From an uncultured Acetobacter sp. (lineage in GTDB: Bacteria; Pseudomonadota; Alphaproteobacteria; Acetobacterales; Acetobacteraceae), in assembly GCA_937875265.1 (NCBI GenBank), contig CALLXM010000326.1, forward strand, positions 1 to 57,988: a stretch of DNA of 57,988 bases. The letters are read 5' to 3'. Under the pieces are notes generated by a model. It ran no database searches and had not been told where the DNA came from. It saw only the letters and a list, made by a program, of their open reading frames with translations. How positions within the stretch are numbered: position 1 is the first letter of the stretch; every line of letters starts with the position of its first letter. Made by a program: the position numbers and the translations under genes. Positions 19,371 through 28,648 of this stretch are shown here, in pieces.

Positions 19371-22300
19371 CTAGAGAAAACATATGACTGTATGGAGTTT
19401 TCCGTCATCTTTAAGTGGAAGTCTGTCCGTTTTACCAAGAGGAATATCATCGACAGTCAAGGAAGGTGATGTGCTTCGACTGACCTGATTGGGGTTCTTT
19501 ATGACGCACTGATATCGAGCACTGCGCCAGTGGAGCACGACTTCAAATTCAGACCATTCCTGAGGAATACAGGGGGCTATTATAAGTATTTCACCCTGGA
19601 TGCGAATGCCAAGAATTGATTCAATGCCTGTACGCTGCATCCATCCCGCAGAGCCTGTATACCATGACCAGCCGCCTCGTCCGGTGTGTGGTGCTTCCGA
19701 GTAAATGTCCGCAGCAACAACATAAGGCTCCAGTTTATACCGGTCTGCATGACCCGATGTCAGACTATGTTGTATTGGGTTAAGCATACTGAACAGAGCA
19801 TGTGCCTGGTTGCCATCCCCCAGTATGCCAACGGCCATAACTGTCCAGAGGGCGGCATGTGTATACTGGCCACCATTTTCTCTCACACCAGGCGGATAAC
19901 CCCGTATATAGCCTGGATCAGGCTCGGATTTATCAAACGGTGGCGTGAGAACAAGAATTAACCCGTTCTCCTGTTGTACAAGATGCTGAATGGCCGAATG
20001 AAGGGCATGGTGAGCCCGCTCTGGAGATGCTGCACCGGACAAAACTGCCCATGACTGTGAAATAGCGTCAATCTGACACTCTGTGTTCTTATGCGAGCCA
20101 AGAGGTGTGCCATCATCAAAATAGGCACGGAGATACCAGTCTCCATCCCATGTCTGCTCCAGAGTGCAGGCAAGTTTTTCCATATGGTTTTGCCAATGTG
20201 TGGCACGTTTGACGTCATGACGCTCTAAAGCCAGCGGGATAAAGGCTTTAAGGGTTTTATACAGGAACCAGCCAAGCCAGACGCTTTCCCCTCGGCCATG
20301 CTCTCCCACCCGGTTCATACCGTCATTCCAGTCTCCTGTTCCCATCAGAGGCAACCCGTGAGTGCCTAAGGCGAGGCGACGGTCCAAGGCCCGTGCGCAA
20401 TGTTCGAAAAGAGCGGCAGTTTCAGAAGATAGTGTTGGCACAGAAAAGTGATCATGCTCATTCAGTGCGAGTAGTGGGGCGTCAAGGAAGCTGACCGTTT
20501 CTTCCAGAACTGCGGCATCTCCTGTGGTTATGACGTAGTGTGCAACTGTGTAAGCAAGCCATGTGCAGTCATCAGAAATATGGGTACGAACGCCTGCTCC
20601 GGTTTGAGGAAGCCACCAGTGTTGCACATCACCTTCAGGAAACTGTCGCGAGGCTGCTCGTAAAATATGTTCCCGAACGCGCTCGGGAGAGGATGTCGCA
20701 AGCGCCATGCCATCCTGAAGCTGGTCCCGGAAGCCAAAAGCGCCACTGGCCTGATAAAATCCTGATCGAGCCAGAACACGGCTGGAAAGAGTCTGATACA
20801 AAAGCCAGCCATTGAGCATGATATCCATGCTTCTGTCAGGGGTTTTTACCTGAATGGCATGGCAGAGGGCGTTCCATTTTTCGGTAACGGCTTGCAGAGC
20901 AGTATCAAGGTTTGTAGTGCGATATCGGATAATCAGACGCCTTGCTTCATCCTCGTCCGCGGCTTCGCCCAGCAGAAAAAGGATTTCGACACGGCCATTT
21001 GTTGGCAACGTAACAAGGGTTTGTAAAATACCGCATGGATCCAGTCCGGAGCCTGTCAGGTTTTGTGTTGCATCTGGGTGGTTAAAGGCTGCGGGGTCGT
21101 CCAGAGAGCCGTTGCGGCCGATAAAACTCTTGCGGTCGCCGGAAGTGATTGTGACGTAACTGCCAAGGTCAGCAAATGCTACGCGGGAGCCGTAAGTGCT
21201 ATCCCAGCAGTTTCTTGCAAAAAGTGCTCCGGTTTTTGGGTCCGTTTCAGTTGCTATGAAAGGGGCTGTCTTGGTACGAGAAACGCCCAGAACCCATTCA
21301 ACATAGGCTGTAAGAGACAGGGTGCGAGGCTGTCCTGAAAGGTTGTGAAGCTGAATACGTGAAAGCTTAACCGGATCCGTAGTGGGAACATACTGTAGAA
21401 GACTGCTGGCAATGCCGTGAGCTATCCGTTCATAGCGTGTGTATCCACGCCCATGGTATGCGACATAGGTTGCAGCAGCATCTCTTCTGGTTGAGGCGGT
21501 CAGGCACCAGAGAGCCTGCGTTTCTTCATCCCGAAGGTAGAAAATTTCTCCGGGAGGATTGCTCACAGGATCATTAGACCAGGGGGTAAGCTGATGTTCG
21601 CGGCTATTAAGAGCCCATGTGTGTCCACTTCCTTCAGCCGAGGCCAGAAAGCCAAAAACCTCGTTGGCTATAACATTGATCCACGGTGCAGGCGTAGTGA
21701 TACCAGGAGGAAGCACGACAACATAAGTTTCACCATTATCTGCAAAACCGCCGTAACCATTAAAAAACTCCAATGGAGGAGTAACTGGAACATTAAAGTT
21801 TTCCGGGTTCGAGAAAACAAGTGGCAGGGCAGTGGGCGGCGTCTGCGCTGGCTGGGCTTCAGCATGATCAAGTTGTTCAGTAAGGCTACCCTTGGCACCC
21901 AGAACAACGCGCGCAACAGAAAGCAGGAGGGCTAGGGCTTTAGATGAGAGGAGGTCCGTCCGTAAAATACGAATAGATTCACCACCAGTTGCTGCTTTAG
22001 GAATAGAGCGGACCAGATTTTCCAAAGAGATCTGGAGGTCTTGCAGATAAGACGACGGATGGTCGTTCAGGATAACGAGATCAACTGCGAGCTGTTTCAG
22101 GCGGAAATACTCATGAGCCAGCAAAACCTGACGTACGATGTCCGTATTAGAATTTTCCTTAACAGTCAGAACAATAATCGGAAGATCCCCTGAAATGCCA
22201 TGTTCCCATAAGGCTTTCTGAGGGCCAGCACCAAGCCTGATGGTGTCAGATGCGGCACGCAGAGAGGAACCAGAAAAAAGAATGTGTCCTGCAAGGCGCT

Positions 22301-25300
22301 GGAACAGATCCGCTTCACTGGGGTGGATATCAAGATGACGCAACTGAATTTGTGCTTGTGTCCAGGCCAGCGTGCGAACGCGGTCAAGGGCTGCGGCATC
22401 TTTATGAGTATCAATCAGATCCAATAGTTTTTCACGGGATGAGGCTGCCATGGTCCAGAACGAAATTCTCGTTGTGGTGCCTGGTTTAAGAGTTGCACGG
22501 ATGCGTAGGGAAAAAGACGGATCAAGAACCGTACCTGTACGCCCGGACAAAGCGGAATTCCCGGCAATGGCGGCGGGTGAACGCACCGTATGGCCCCGGC
22601 CTATAAAGGCAGCACGGTCTGTTTCAACAGTGACAGCAAGAGGGGAGACAGCAAGATGCGCAACCCAGATTTCAGGCTCATCAGGAGTTCGGCGTCGGCG
22701 TGTTGCTACAAGAGCTTTGGCTTCAGGTAAATATTCTGTTTGAACGAACAGTTTAGTAAATGCCGGATGAGCAAGGTCTGCATCCTGAGCCAGAAGAGCC
22801 AGCTCTGCATAGGATGTAACATCAAGTTCCAGCGTTTCATGGCCTGCATTAAGCAGGGTAAGGTGCCTGACTTCAGCATCATCTTCAGCCGAAACCATGA
22901 TGTCCAGCGTGGTTGTGACTGGACCGTCACGGCGGGTAATTTCTGCGCGATCCTCATGAAATGCGACAAGATAGTCATCCGGCACTGTGGCGCAAGGCTG
23001 AATACCTGCGGACCAGACGTATCCTGTTCTGACGTTTTTCAGATAAAGAAAGGAGCCGTAATGATCGAGCGTTGGGTCTTCCCGCCACCGTGTCAGCATG
23101 TGCCCTTGCCAACAGCTGTAACCAGAACCTGCAGAGGTAAGCATAACGGTATATCGGCCGTTTGAAAGCAGATGTGTGACAGGTTCCTGCGTATAAGCGG
23201 TGTCATAAAAACGCCCCGCACGGGTGGTTGTGTCAGACACATGTGTTGGCAGAGCTTGTTCAGTCGGCAAAGGCCGGGCCACAGCGCCTTTAACTGGGGC
23301 GCGTTCCTGCAGGAGCAGCTCGGCGGAGGCCATGACCGGATCCGCATGAAAGCGTGATCTCATGATACCATTCAGGATTGTATCGCTGACAGCCAGAATG
23401 GACATTCCCTGATGATGCGCCATGTAAGCGCGTATAATGGCAAAAGACTGGTTTTCAGGGATGCGCTCGGGCGTATAATCCAGAGATTCATAAAATCCGT
23501 AACGACCTTGCGCGCCAGCTTTTTCCAGAACGGAAAGGTTGGCAACAGCCTTTTGCGGGTCGACCATGGAGGCCAGCATTGTGGCATAGGGTGCTACAAC
23601 CATATCCTGCGCAAGGCCACGCTTGAGGCCTAGTCCGGGTATGCCAAAGTTTGAATACTGATAGGTATAGTCAAGGTCTCGTACGTTATAAGCAGCTTCA
23701 GAAATGCCCCACGGAATATTTCTGGTTTGTCCATACGTAATCTGGCGCTGCACAATCAGAGCATTGGTCTCTTGCAGCAGGCTTCCTACCGGTGCGCGCA
23801 TGACAAGTGACGGCATGAGATATTCGAACATGGATCCGGACCAGGAAACAAGTGCCGCGCCACTGCCGGATGGGGTGATGGTGCGGCCAAGACGAAACCA
23901 GTCTCGAACTGGTATGTCGCCCTTAGCGATGGCGAAGTAGACGCCAAGCCGGGCTTCAGAGGCTAGAAGATCATAACAATTGCTATCGGCCGTATCTTCC
24001 GAAACAAGAAAGCCAATGGAAAGAAGTTTGCGAGAAGAATCTCGTAGGAAGCTAAAATCCATCTCATCAGCGAGCCGTCGGGCCTGATGTTCCAGTGCTT
24101 GTAGTCGACCAAAAAGATCAGCTTGCTCCGACAGGTCAAAATCACGCAGGTGACTTTGCAGTGTGCTGAGCGGAGCAGTCGCCCAGAAGAAGGGATCTGG
24201 CAATGACGTATCAGATATACTTTTGGTTTGGGGGAACAGATGCGAGGCGTGCCTGGAAATGACTTCAGCCTGCTTGAAAAGGTCTGTTAGTGCGCTGCTG
24301 GTTGTATCCTCTGTTGCAGACAGAACCGCAGTTTTCAACCTGCCGAGAGACCGGACAAGAGCACGCTGTTGCTTGGTAAGCTGAAGGCGAATTCCATTCT
24401 GGAATGTTATTTCCAGAATGGCAATTGTGATGGCGTCAGCAAGCCCGGTTCGCCAGCCACAATATTTTGTCTCTTGCGTCAACCATTCACGACAAGTGCT
24501 GGCAACGGTTACAAGATGACCGGCAAGATTGCCACTATCAACCGTGGAAACATAAAGGGGATTGAGGGGAGCTAGGGTTTCCGTACTATACCAGTTATAT
24601 AAATGCCCCCGATACTTCTCCATTTTTTCGACTGTTTTCAGAGTGGCTTCCAGCCGTTCCACTGTGTCATATAAACCGCACCACCCAAAATCTCGAGCAT
24701 TGATTGCGCAGAGAAGATAGAGGCCGATATTTGTGGGTGAGGTGCGTCGTGCCAATACAGGGCTTGGGTCTTCCTGAAAATTGTCAGGTGGGAGCATGTT
24801 GTCAGCAGTAGTCACAAATGTCTCAAAAAACCGCCACGTCCGGCGTGCTGTCATGCGCAATGTTCTGATATCGGTTCTGGAAGGGCGTGACTGAGAGGGT
24901 AGGACAGGGGATCGGCTAGTCCATAAAGCAAGCGCCGGTGATAGTGCCCAGAGAATTGAAAGTGGCCCGGATAAAAGCAGGGTTTCAGGGTCAGACCAAA
25001 CAATATAAGCAGTCAGAATGCCTGCAAAAACTGGAGCAGGCAGCATCTTGAGGTAATACTCTTTCATACCGGATTGAAGCAGGTTTACCGTCTGAGCTGC
25101 CGGAACCCATTGTAATAGCAAACGCCGTGTAATGATTACGCGAAAAAGCGTACGGCTTATGGCATCAGCCATGAGAAAAGCTTGATGCGCCATAAAGGTG
25201 AGGTTAAGAGCCGTCATGATTGCTGCGGTCATGAGGTGAGACGCAATGACCTTGAAATAACTTCGTAACGTGATCCACTCCCGGCGAGGAAAAACATCTG

Positions 25301-27932
25301 GCACGACAGGGAGGAATGCTGGGAGAGCAATCATTACAAGAACAAAGAGCGTCCAGATGGCCGCATTTTCAGGCGTAAATAGCCAGCAGACCAGTAAAGT
25401 GAGTATTGTGAAAGGAGCACATAATGTCCGACGTAGATTATCAACCATTTTCCAGCGTGCGATGCCGGACAGGCGGTCATGCGGTCGTGGCGTTCTGGTT
25501 GCTCCAGAAATAATCCAAGGGAGAAGTTGCCAGTCTCCCCGTGTCCAGCGGTGCTGTCGCTGTGCAGAAATCATATAGTCTGTGGGAAACTCTTCAACAA
25601 CTTCTATGTCTGAAACGAGGCCCGCTCGTGCAAAAACTCCTTCAAACAGATCATGGCTCAATAAACAGGCTTCTGGAACACGTCCTGTAAGAGCAGATTC
25701 AAAAGCATCAATATCATAAATGCCTTTCCCTGCGTAGGACCCCTCTCCAAACATATCCTGATAAAGGTCCGATATAGCAGCCGAATAGGCATCAATACCG
25801 CTGGATGTTGAATAGATCCTCTGGAATAAAGTGCTTTGATGCCCAACTGGCAGTGAAGGAGTTACACGAGGTTGCAGAATGGCATAACCTTTCTCCACAC
25901 GGCCTGTCTCATGGTTAAACTGTGGGGCGTTGAGAGGGTGAGCAAGCTTACCGACCAGCCTGCGGACTGTTTCTAAAGGAAGGCGCGTATCCGCATCCAG
26001 TGTAACGACATAACGTACATTCTGCGGAAGGTTATGGTAGAAACCCTCGAGAAATGTTGTATCTTTCGCGCCACGGAGAAGTCGGTTCAGTTCATGCAGC
26101 TTTCCACGTTTACGTTCCCAGCCCATCCAGACGCCTTCGCTTTCGCTCCAGATGCGATGACGATGGAGAAGCAGGAAGCGTTCTCCATCCGAAGTCAGGC
26201 CAAAGCGCTGGTTGAGGCGGGTGATGCCTTCGTAGGCCTGTTGTAAAAGCATTTCGTCATCTGCTGCGTGCTCGTTCTCACCATCTTTCCAATCGGTAAG
26301 AAGTGCGAAGTAAACGCTGCTATCATGTGTCGCCAGATAATGAATTTCTATTCTGGTGAGCAGTTCTTTGACTGTTTTTTCGTTCGTCAGAAGAGCGGGA
26401 ATAACTACGATAGTCCGCAGATGGCTTGGAATGCCATGTAACAGTTCAAGTCCCGGAAGGACGGTGACATTCAGGGCGCGAAGAGCAAGTCGATTTATGC
26501 AGGCTATAGCAGCTTCAGATGTAGGAACGCAGGCACAGGCAACAATAACGGCAAGCCATAAGGTAGGAGAGTATTCTTTTTCTGAAATCCATATAGGAAT
26601 ACTGAGGAAAAAAAACACAAGAAAGCATATGGACAGACTATATCCTGTAATGCCTTGACGACAACAGTTTCGGACAAATTTTCTGGAAAATGGAGGACGA
26701 AATTCCAGTGTGGCTTCGAACTCAAGGCGGCCTTCCTGAAAAAGATAGTAGCCTGGGTCACTTCTGCGTGGATCATATGGCACGCTTGAAGGTGGGTTTT
26801 GTGCGAGTGATATTGCCCGATGGACAATATCGAGTTCTGAAAAATTACTTCCAAGCGCAAGCTCTTCCACCGCCTTGCGGTATAGATCCCGGCTAGGAAA
26901 ATCCGCTTCTGTAAAGCCGGGATAATCTACAAAAGCTTTATCAATCAGGCATATCTGTTCAAAAACTTCTGTCCAGTCCAGCCCTGCGATCAGCCTGAGG
27001 CTCGTGATAATATTGCGGGTGGTTGCATTGAATGCTCCCTGAGCCTGTAAATCCTTCCTAATAGCATCATCTATATTGCTTTTTTTATCTGCAAGACGTT
27101 GCTCCAACCAGACAAAAGCAGGATCCTTTTCCAGATCCAGACCTCTGGAGCGGTGAACCAGGCGCGCGACAAAGGCCGGGGTAAGGGATTCAGATTCAAC
27201 AAGAGAAAGAATTTTCTGGATAGAAGAAATTTTATCTTTACGGGTATTTTCAAGTTTGTCGGCAAGAATATCTGCTGCACGACGGCTGGCGTTATTCTCT
27301 ATGATAGCAAAAGCAGTGCGACGCAGATTTTCTATAAGGACAATGCGTAATGTAATGGGAACAGCCCAGAGTTCTCCAATTGTCAGAGGAACAACGCTTT
27401 GATAGGCCGACAGGTAGCGACACAGTACGTCAACCTGTAGGTGGCTGTCAGTATGAGCAATAAGGGCCCAGATAACTCCAAATATCCGAGGCAATTCCTG
27501 AAATGGTCCATTTGCTAGTTTAGGCAGGCGGGCATAGTAGCTTGGAGACAGATCAAGGCTTGTTTCCCGGATTTGCATATCAATCAGAGCGTAATTGTCG
27601 GTCAGCCATTGCGCGGCTGGCGTTAGCTGTTTCCCCATCTGCAGGGCCTCGGTAATAGCCACGTCTGCCTTGCGAAGAAAGACCCCATTTTCGGCCAGGC
27701 GATGCTTCAAGGAGTAGCTGTTTGTATTGGCCTTATGTGTGATAATCGTTTGAGCAACAGCAAGACTACGTGCATGTTCTTCGAGCCGCTCGATACCGAA
27801 AATTTCACTTCTTACCAGGGCTTCATCATCCTGCCAGCAAAAAGGCGTGCCAACCCTGAACAGACGCTTCCATAAGGATGGGCGTGTGGTGTTGGGGTAT
27901 GCATGCTGTTGAATATTTGTAGAGCCATCCAT
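19371..27932 (-). CDS. ndvB: Cyclic beta-1,2-glucan synthase (Cgs/NdvB/ChvB) with C-terminal GH94 phosphorylase domain
   Basis: 2853 aa. GT84 motifs WERKRGK, TLDADT, SHDLFEG, RQHRWTRGDWQ. Middle domain RTSPTNIG, LASEAR, SWSGSMFEY, MAHHQGM. GH94 motifs GFRDQLQD, GDWNDGMN, ENGGQYTH, WYTGSAGW. Confidence 0.93.
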   Translation of the reverse strand: MDGSTNIQQHAYPNTTRPSLWKRLFRVGTPFCWQDDEALVRSEIFGIERLEEHARSLAVAQTIITHKANTNSYSLKHRLAENGVFLRKADVAITEALQMGKQLTPAAQWLTDNYALIDMQIRETSLDLSPSYYARLPKLANGPFQELPRIFGVIWALIAHTDSHLQVDVLCRYLSAYQSVVPLTIGELWAVPITLRIVLIENLRRTAFAIIENNASRRAADILADKLENTRKDKISSIQKILSLVESESLTPAFVARLVHRSRGLDLEKDPAFVWLEQRLADKKSNIDDAIRKDLQAQGAFNATTRNIITSLRLIAGLDWTEVFEQICLIDKAFVDYPGFTEADFPSRDLYRKAVEELALGSNFSELDIVHRAISLAQNPPSSVPYDPRRSDPGYYLFQEGRLEFEATLEFRPPFSRKFVRNCCRQGITGYSLSICFLVFFFLSIPIWISEKEYSPTLWLAVIVACACVPTSEAAIACINRLALRALNVTVLPGLELLHGIPSHLRTIVVIPALLTNEKTVKELLTRIEIHYLATHDSSVYFALLTDWKDGENEHAADDEMLLQQAYEGITRLNQRFGLTSDGERFLLLHRHRIWSESEGVWMGWERKRGKLHELNRLLRGAKDTTFLEGFYHNLPQNVRYVVTLDADTRLPLETVRRLVGKLAHPLNAPQFNHETGRVEKGYAILQPRVTPSLPVGHQSTLFQRIYSTSSGIDAYSAAISDLYQDMFGEGSYAGKGIYDIDAFESALTGRVPEACLLSHDLFEGVFARAGLVSDIEVVEEFPTDYMISAQRQHRWTRGDWQLLPWIISGATRTPRPHDRLSGIARWKMVDNLRRTLCAPFTILTLLVCWLFTPENAAIWTLFVLVMIALPAFLPVVPDVFPRREWITLRSYFKVIASHLMTAAIMTALNLTFMAHQAFLMADAISRTLFRVIITRRLLLQWVPAAQTVNLLQSGMKEYYLKMLPAPVFAGILTAYIVWSDPETLLLSGPLSILWALSPALALWTSRSPVLPSQSRPSRTDIRTLRMTARRTWRFFETFVTTADNMLPPDNFQEDPSPVLARRTSPTNIGLYLLCAINARDFGWCGLYDTVERLEATLKTVEKMEKYRGHLYNWYSTETLAPLNPLYVSTVDSGNLAGHLVTVASTCREWLTQETKYCGWRTGLADAITIAILEITFQNGIRLQLTKQQRALVRSLGRLKTAVLSATEDTTSSALTDLFKQAEVISRHASHLFPQTKSISDTSLPDPFFWATAPLSTLQSHLRDFDLSEQADLFGRLQALEHQARRLADEMDFSFLRDSSRKLLSIGFLVSEDTADSNCYDLLASEARLGVYFAIAKGDIPVRDWFRLGRTITPSGSGAALVSWSGSMFEYLMPSLVMRAPVGSLLQETNALIVQRQITYGQTRNIPWGISEAAYNVRDLDYTYQYSNFGIPGLGLKRGLAQDMVVAPYATMLASMVDPQKAVANLSVLEKAGAQGRYGFYESLDYTPERIPENQSFAIIRAYMAHHQGMSILAVSDTILNGIMRSRFHADPVMASAELLLQERAPVKGAVARPLPTEQALPTHVSDTTTRAGRFYDTAYTQEPVTHLLSNGRYTVMLTSAGSGYSCWQGHMLTRWREDPTLDHYGSFLYLKNVRTGYVWSAGIQPCATVPDDYLVAFHEDRAEITRRDGPVTTTLDIMVSAEDDAEVRHLTLLNAGHETLELDVTSYAELALLAQDADLAHPAFTKLFVQTEYLPEAKALVATRRRRTPDEPEIWVAHLAVSPLAVTVETDRAAFIGRGHTVRSPAAIAGNSALSGRTGTVLDPSFSLRIRATLKPGTTTRISFWTMAASSREKLLDLIDTHKDAAALDRVRTLAWTQAQIQLRHLDIHPSEADLFQRLAGHILFSGSSLRAASDTIRLGAGPQKALWEHGISGDLPIIVLTVKENSNTDIVRQVLLAHEYFRLKQLAVDLVILNDHPSSYLQDLQISLENLVRSIPKAATGGESIRILRTDLLSSKALALLLSVARVVLGAKGSLTEQLDHAEAQPAQTPPTALPLVFSNPENFNVPVTPPLEFFNGYGGFADNGETYVVVLPPGITTPAPWINVIANEVFGFLASAEGSGHTWALNSREHQLTPWSNDPVSNPPGEIFYLRDEETQALWCLTASTRRDAAATYVAYHGRGYTRYERIAHGIASSLLQYVPTTDPVKLSRIQLHNLSGQPRTLSLTAYVEWVLGVSRTKTAPFIATETDPKTGALFARNCWDSTYGSRVAFADLGSYVTITSGDRKSFIGRNGSLDDPAAFNHPDATQNLTGSGLDPCGILQTLVTLPTNGRVEILFLLGEAADEDEARRLIIRYRTTNLDTALQAVTEKWNALCHAIQVKTPDRSMDIMLNGWLLYQTLSSRVLARSGFYQASGAFGFRDQLQDGMALATSSPERVREHILRAASRQFPEGDVQHWWLPQTGAGVRTHISDDCTWLAYTVAHYVITTGDAAVLEETVSFLDAPLLALNEHDHFSVPTLSSETAALFEHCARALDRRLALGTHGLPLMGTGDWNDGMNRVGEHGRGESVWLGWFLYKTLKAFIPLALERHDVKRATHWQNHMEKLACTLEQTWDGDWYLRAYFDDGTPLGSHKNTECQIDAISQSWAVLSGAASPERAHHALHSAIQHLVQQENGLILVLTPPFDKSEPDPGYIRGYPPGVRENGGQYTHAALWTVMAVGILGDGNQAHALFSMLNPIQHSLTSGHADRYKLEPYVVAADIYSEAPHTGRGGWSWYTGSAGWMQRTGIESILGIRIQGEILIIAPCIPQEWSEFEVVLHWRSARYQCVIKNPNQVSRSTSPSLTVDDIPLGKTDRLPLKDDGKLHTVICFL

Positions 27933-28581
27933 GCTGCTGCTCCGCTTTGAGTGTTTAAAGAGAAAAATGTTTTGATTTTTATTCTAAAAATAGTCCCCAT
28001 CAGCCTTTAAGGTCGATGTATGAGTATTTCATAAGAAAAAAATGATATTACAGCCACAAATTAAGAAATTATGGATAAAGCTTTCAGGAGGCGTACAGGG
28101 CTCTTCTCGATCACCAAGCGTCACAAAGGAATTTAAACTAGGCTTTTGTATTTATAAGAATAATCTCGAGCCGCAACCTAATATTGAGATGGAGGCAGGT
28201 ATCAGGCTCTATCCCCTTAACGTCGGGAAAGAGGGATGGTTCCGTATTTTATGGTGGAGGACAAAGTTTAGAGCGATTTGATCTAAATTCTTACGGGGCA
28301 AGTTTAATGGAAAGTGACAAGGAGCTGAGGCATCTCATCAGGGAGGGGCATATATGCCCAAAAATAAAGTCCTCAAAATATAAATAAAATTATATTTGAA
28401 TTCTGCATAATAATAGAGATTATTTTTCAATTGTTACTTAATATTTTACGAAAGGCCGTCTGAATAAAATAATATGTAGGCCAACCAAATAAACGGTTCA
28501 TGAAGAAAGGCGAGGTGTAATCCAACGCTGAGCAGGTTTATCGGCCTGACCAAGAAAGACTATGAAAGCAGCGATAAGACG

Positions 28582-28619
28582 AAAAATGCTGTAGACTTCT
28601 TTTTTCAAGTCTACAGCAT
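28582..28619 (-). terminator. Rho-independent terminator of the TBDR at 28649-31003
   Basis: Perfect 13-bp inverted repeat ATGCTGTAGACTT (28586-28598) / AAGTCTACAGCAT (28607-28619), followed by a U run on the minus strand, 30 bp after the stop. Confidence 0.8.
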
Positions 28620-28648
28620 AAATTATTTTCGAATAAAAAATAAGACTA

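Noticed and set aside
28042-28387. Short ORFs (79 and 67 aa) upstream of the glucan synthase
   Set aside because: Mutually overlapping, no recognisable motifs or convincing RBS, in an AT-rich promoter region.
28453-28464. AGGCCGTCTGAA matches a Neisseriaceae DNA uptake sequence
   Set aside because: Only one occurrence noticed in 58 kb; functional uptake sequences occur at high density, and the gene content is not neisserial.
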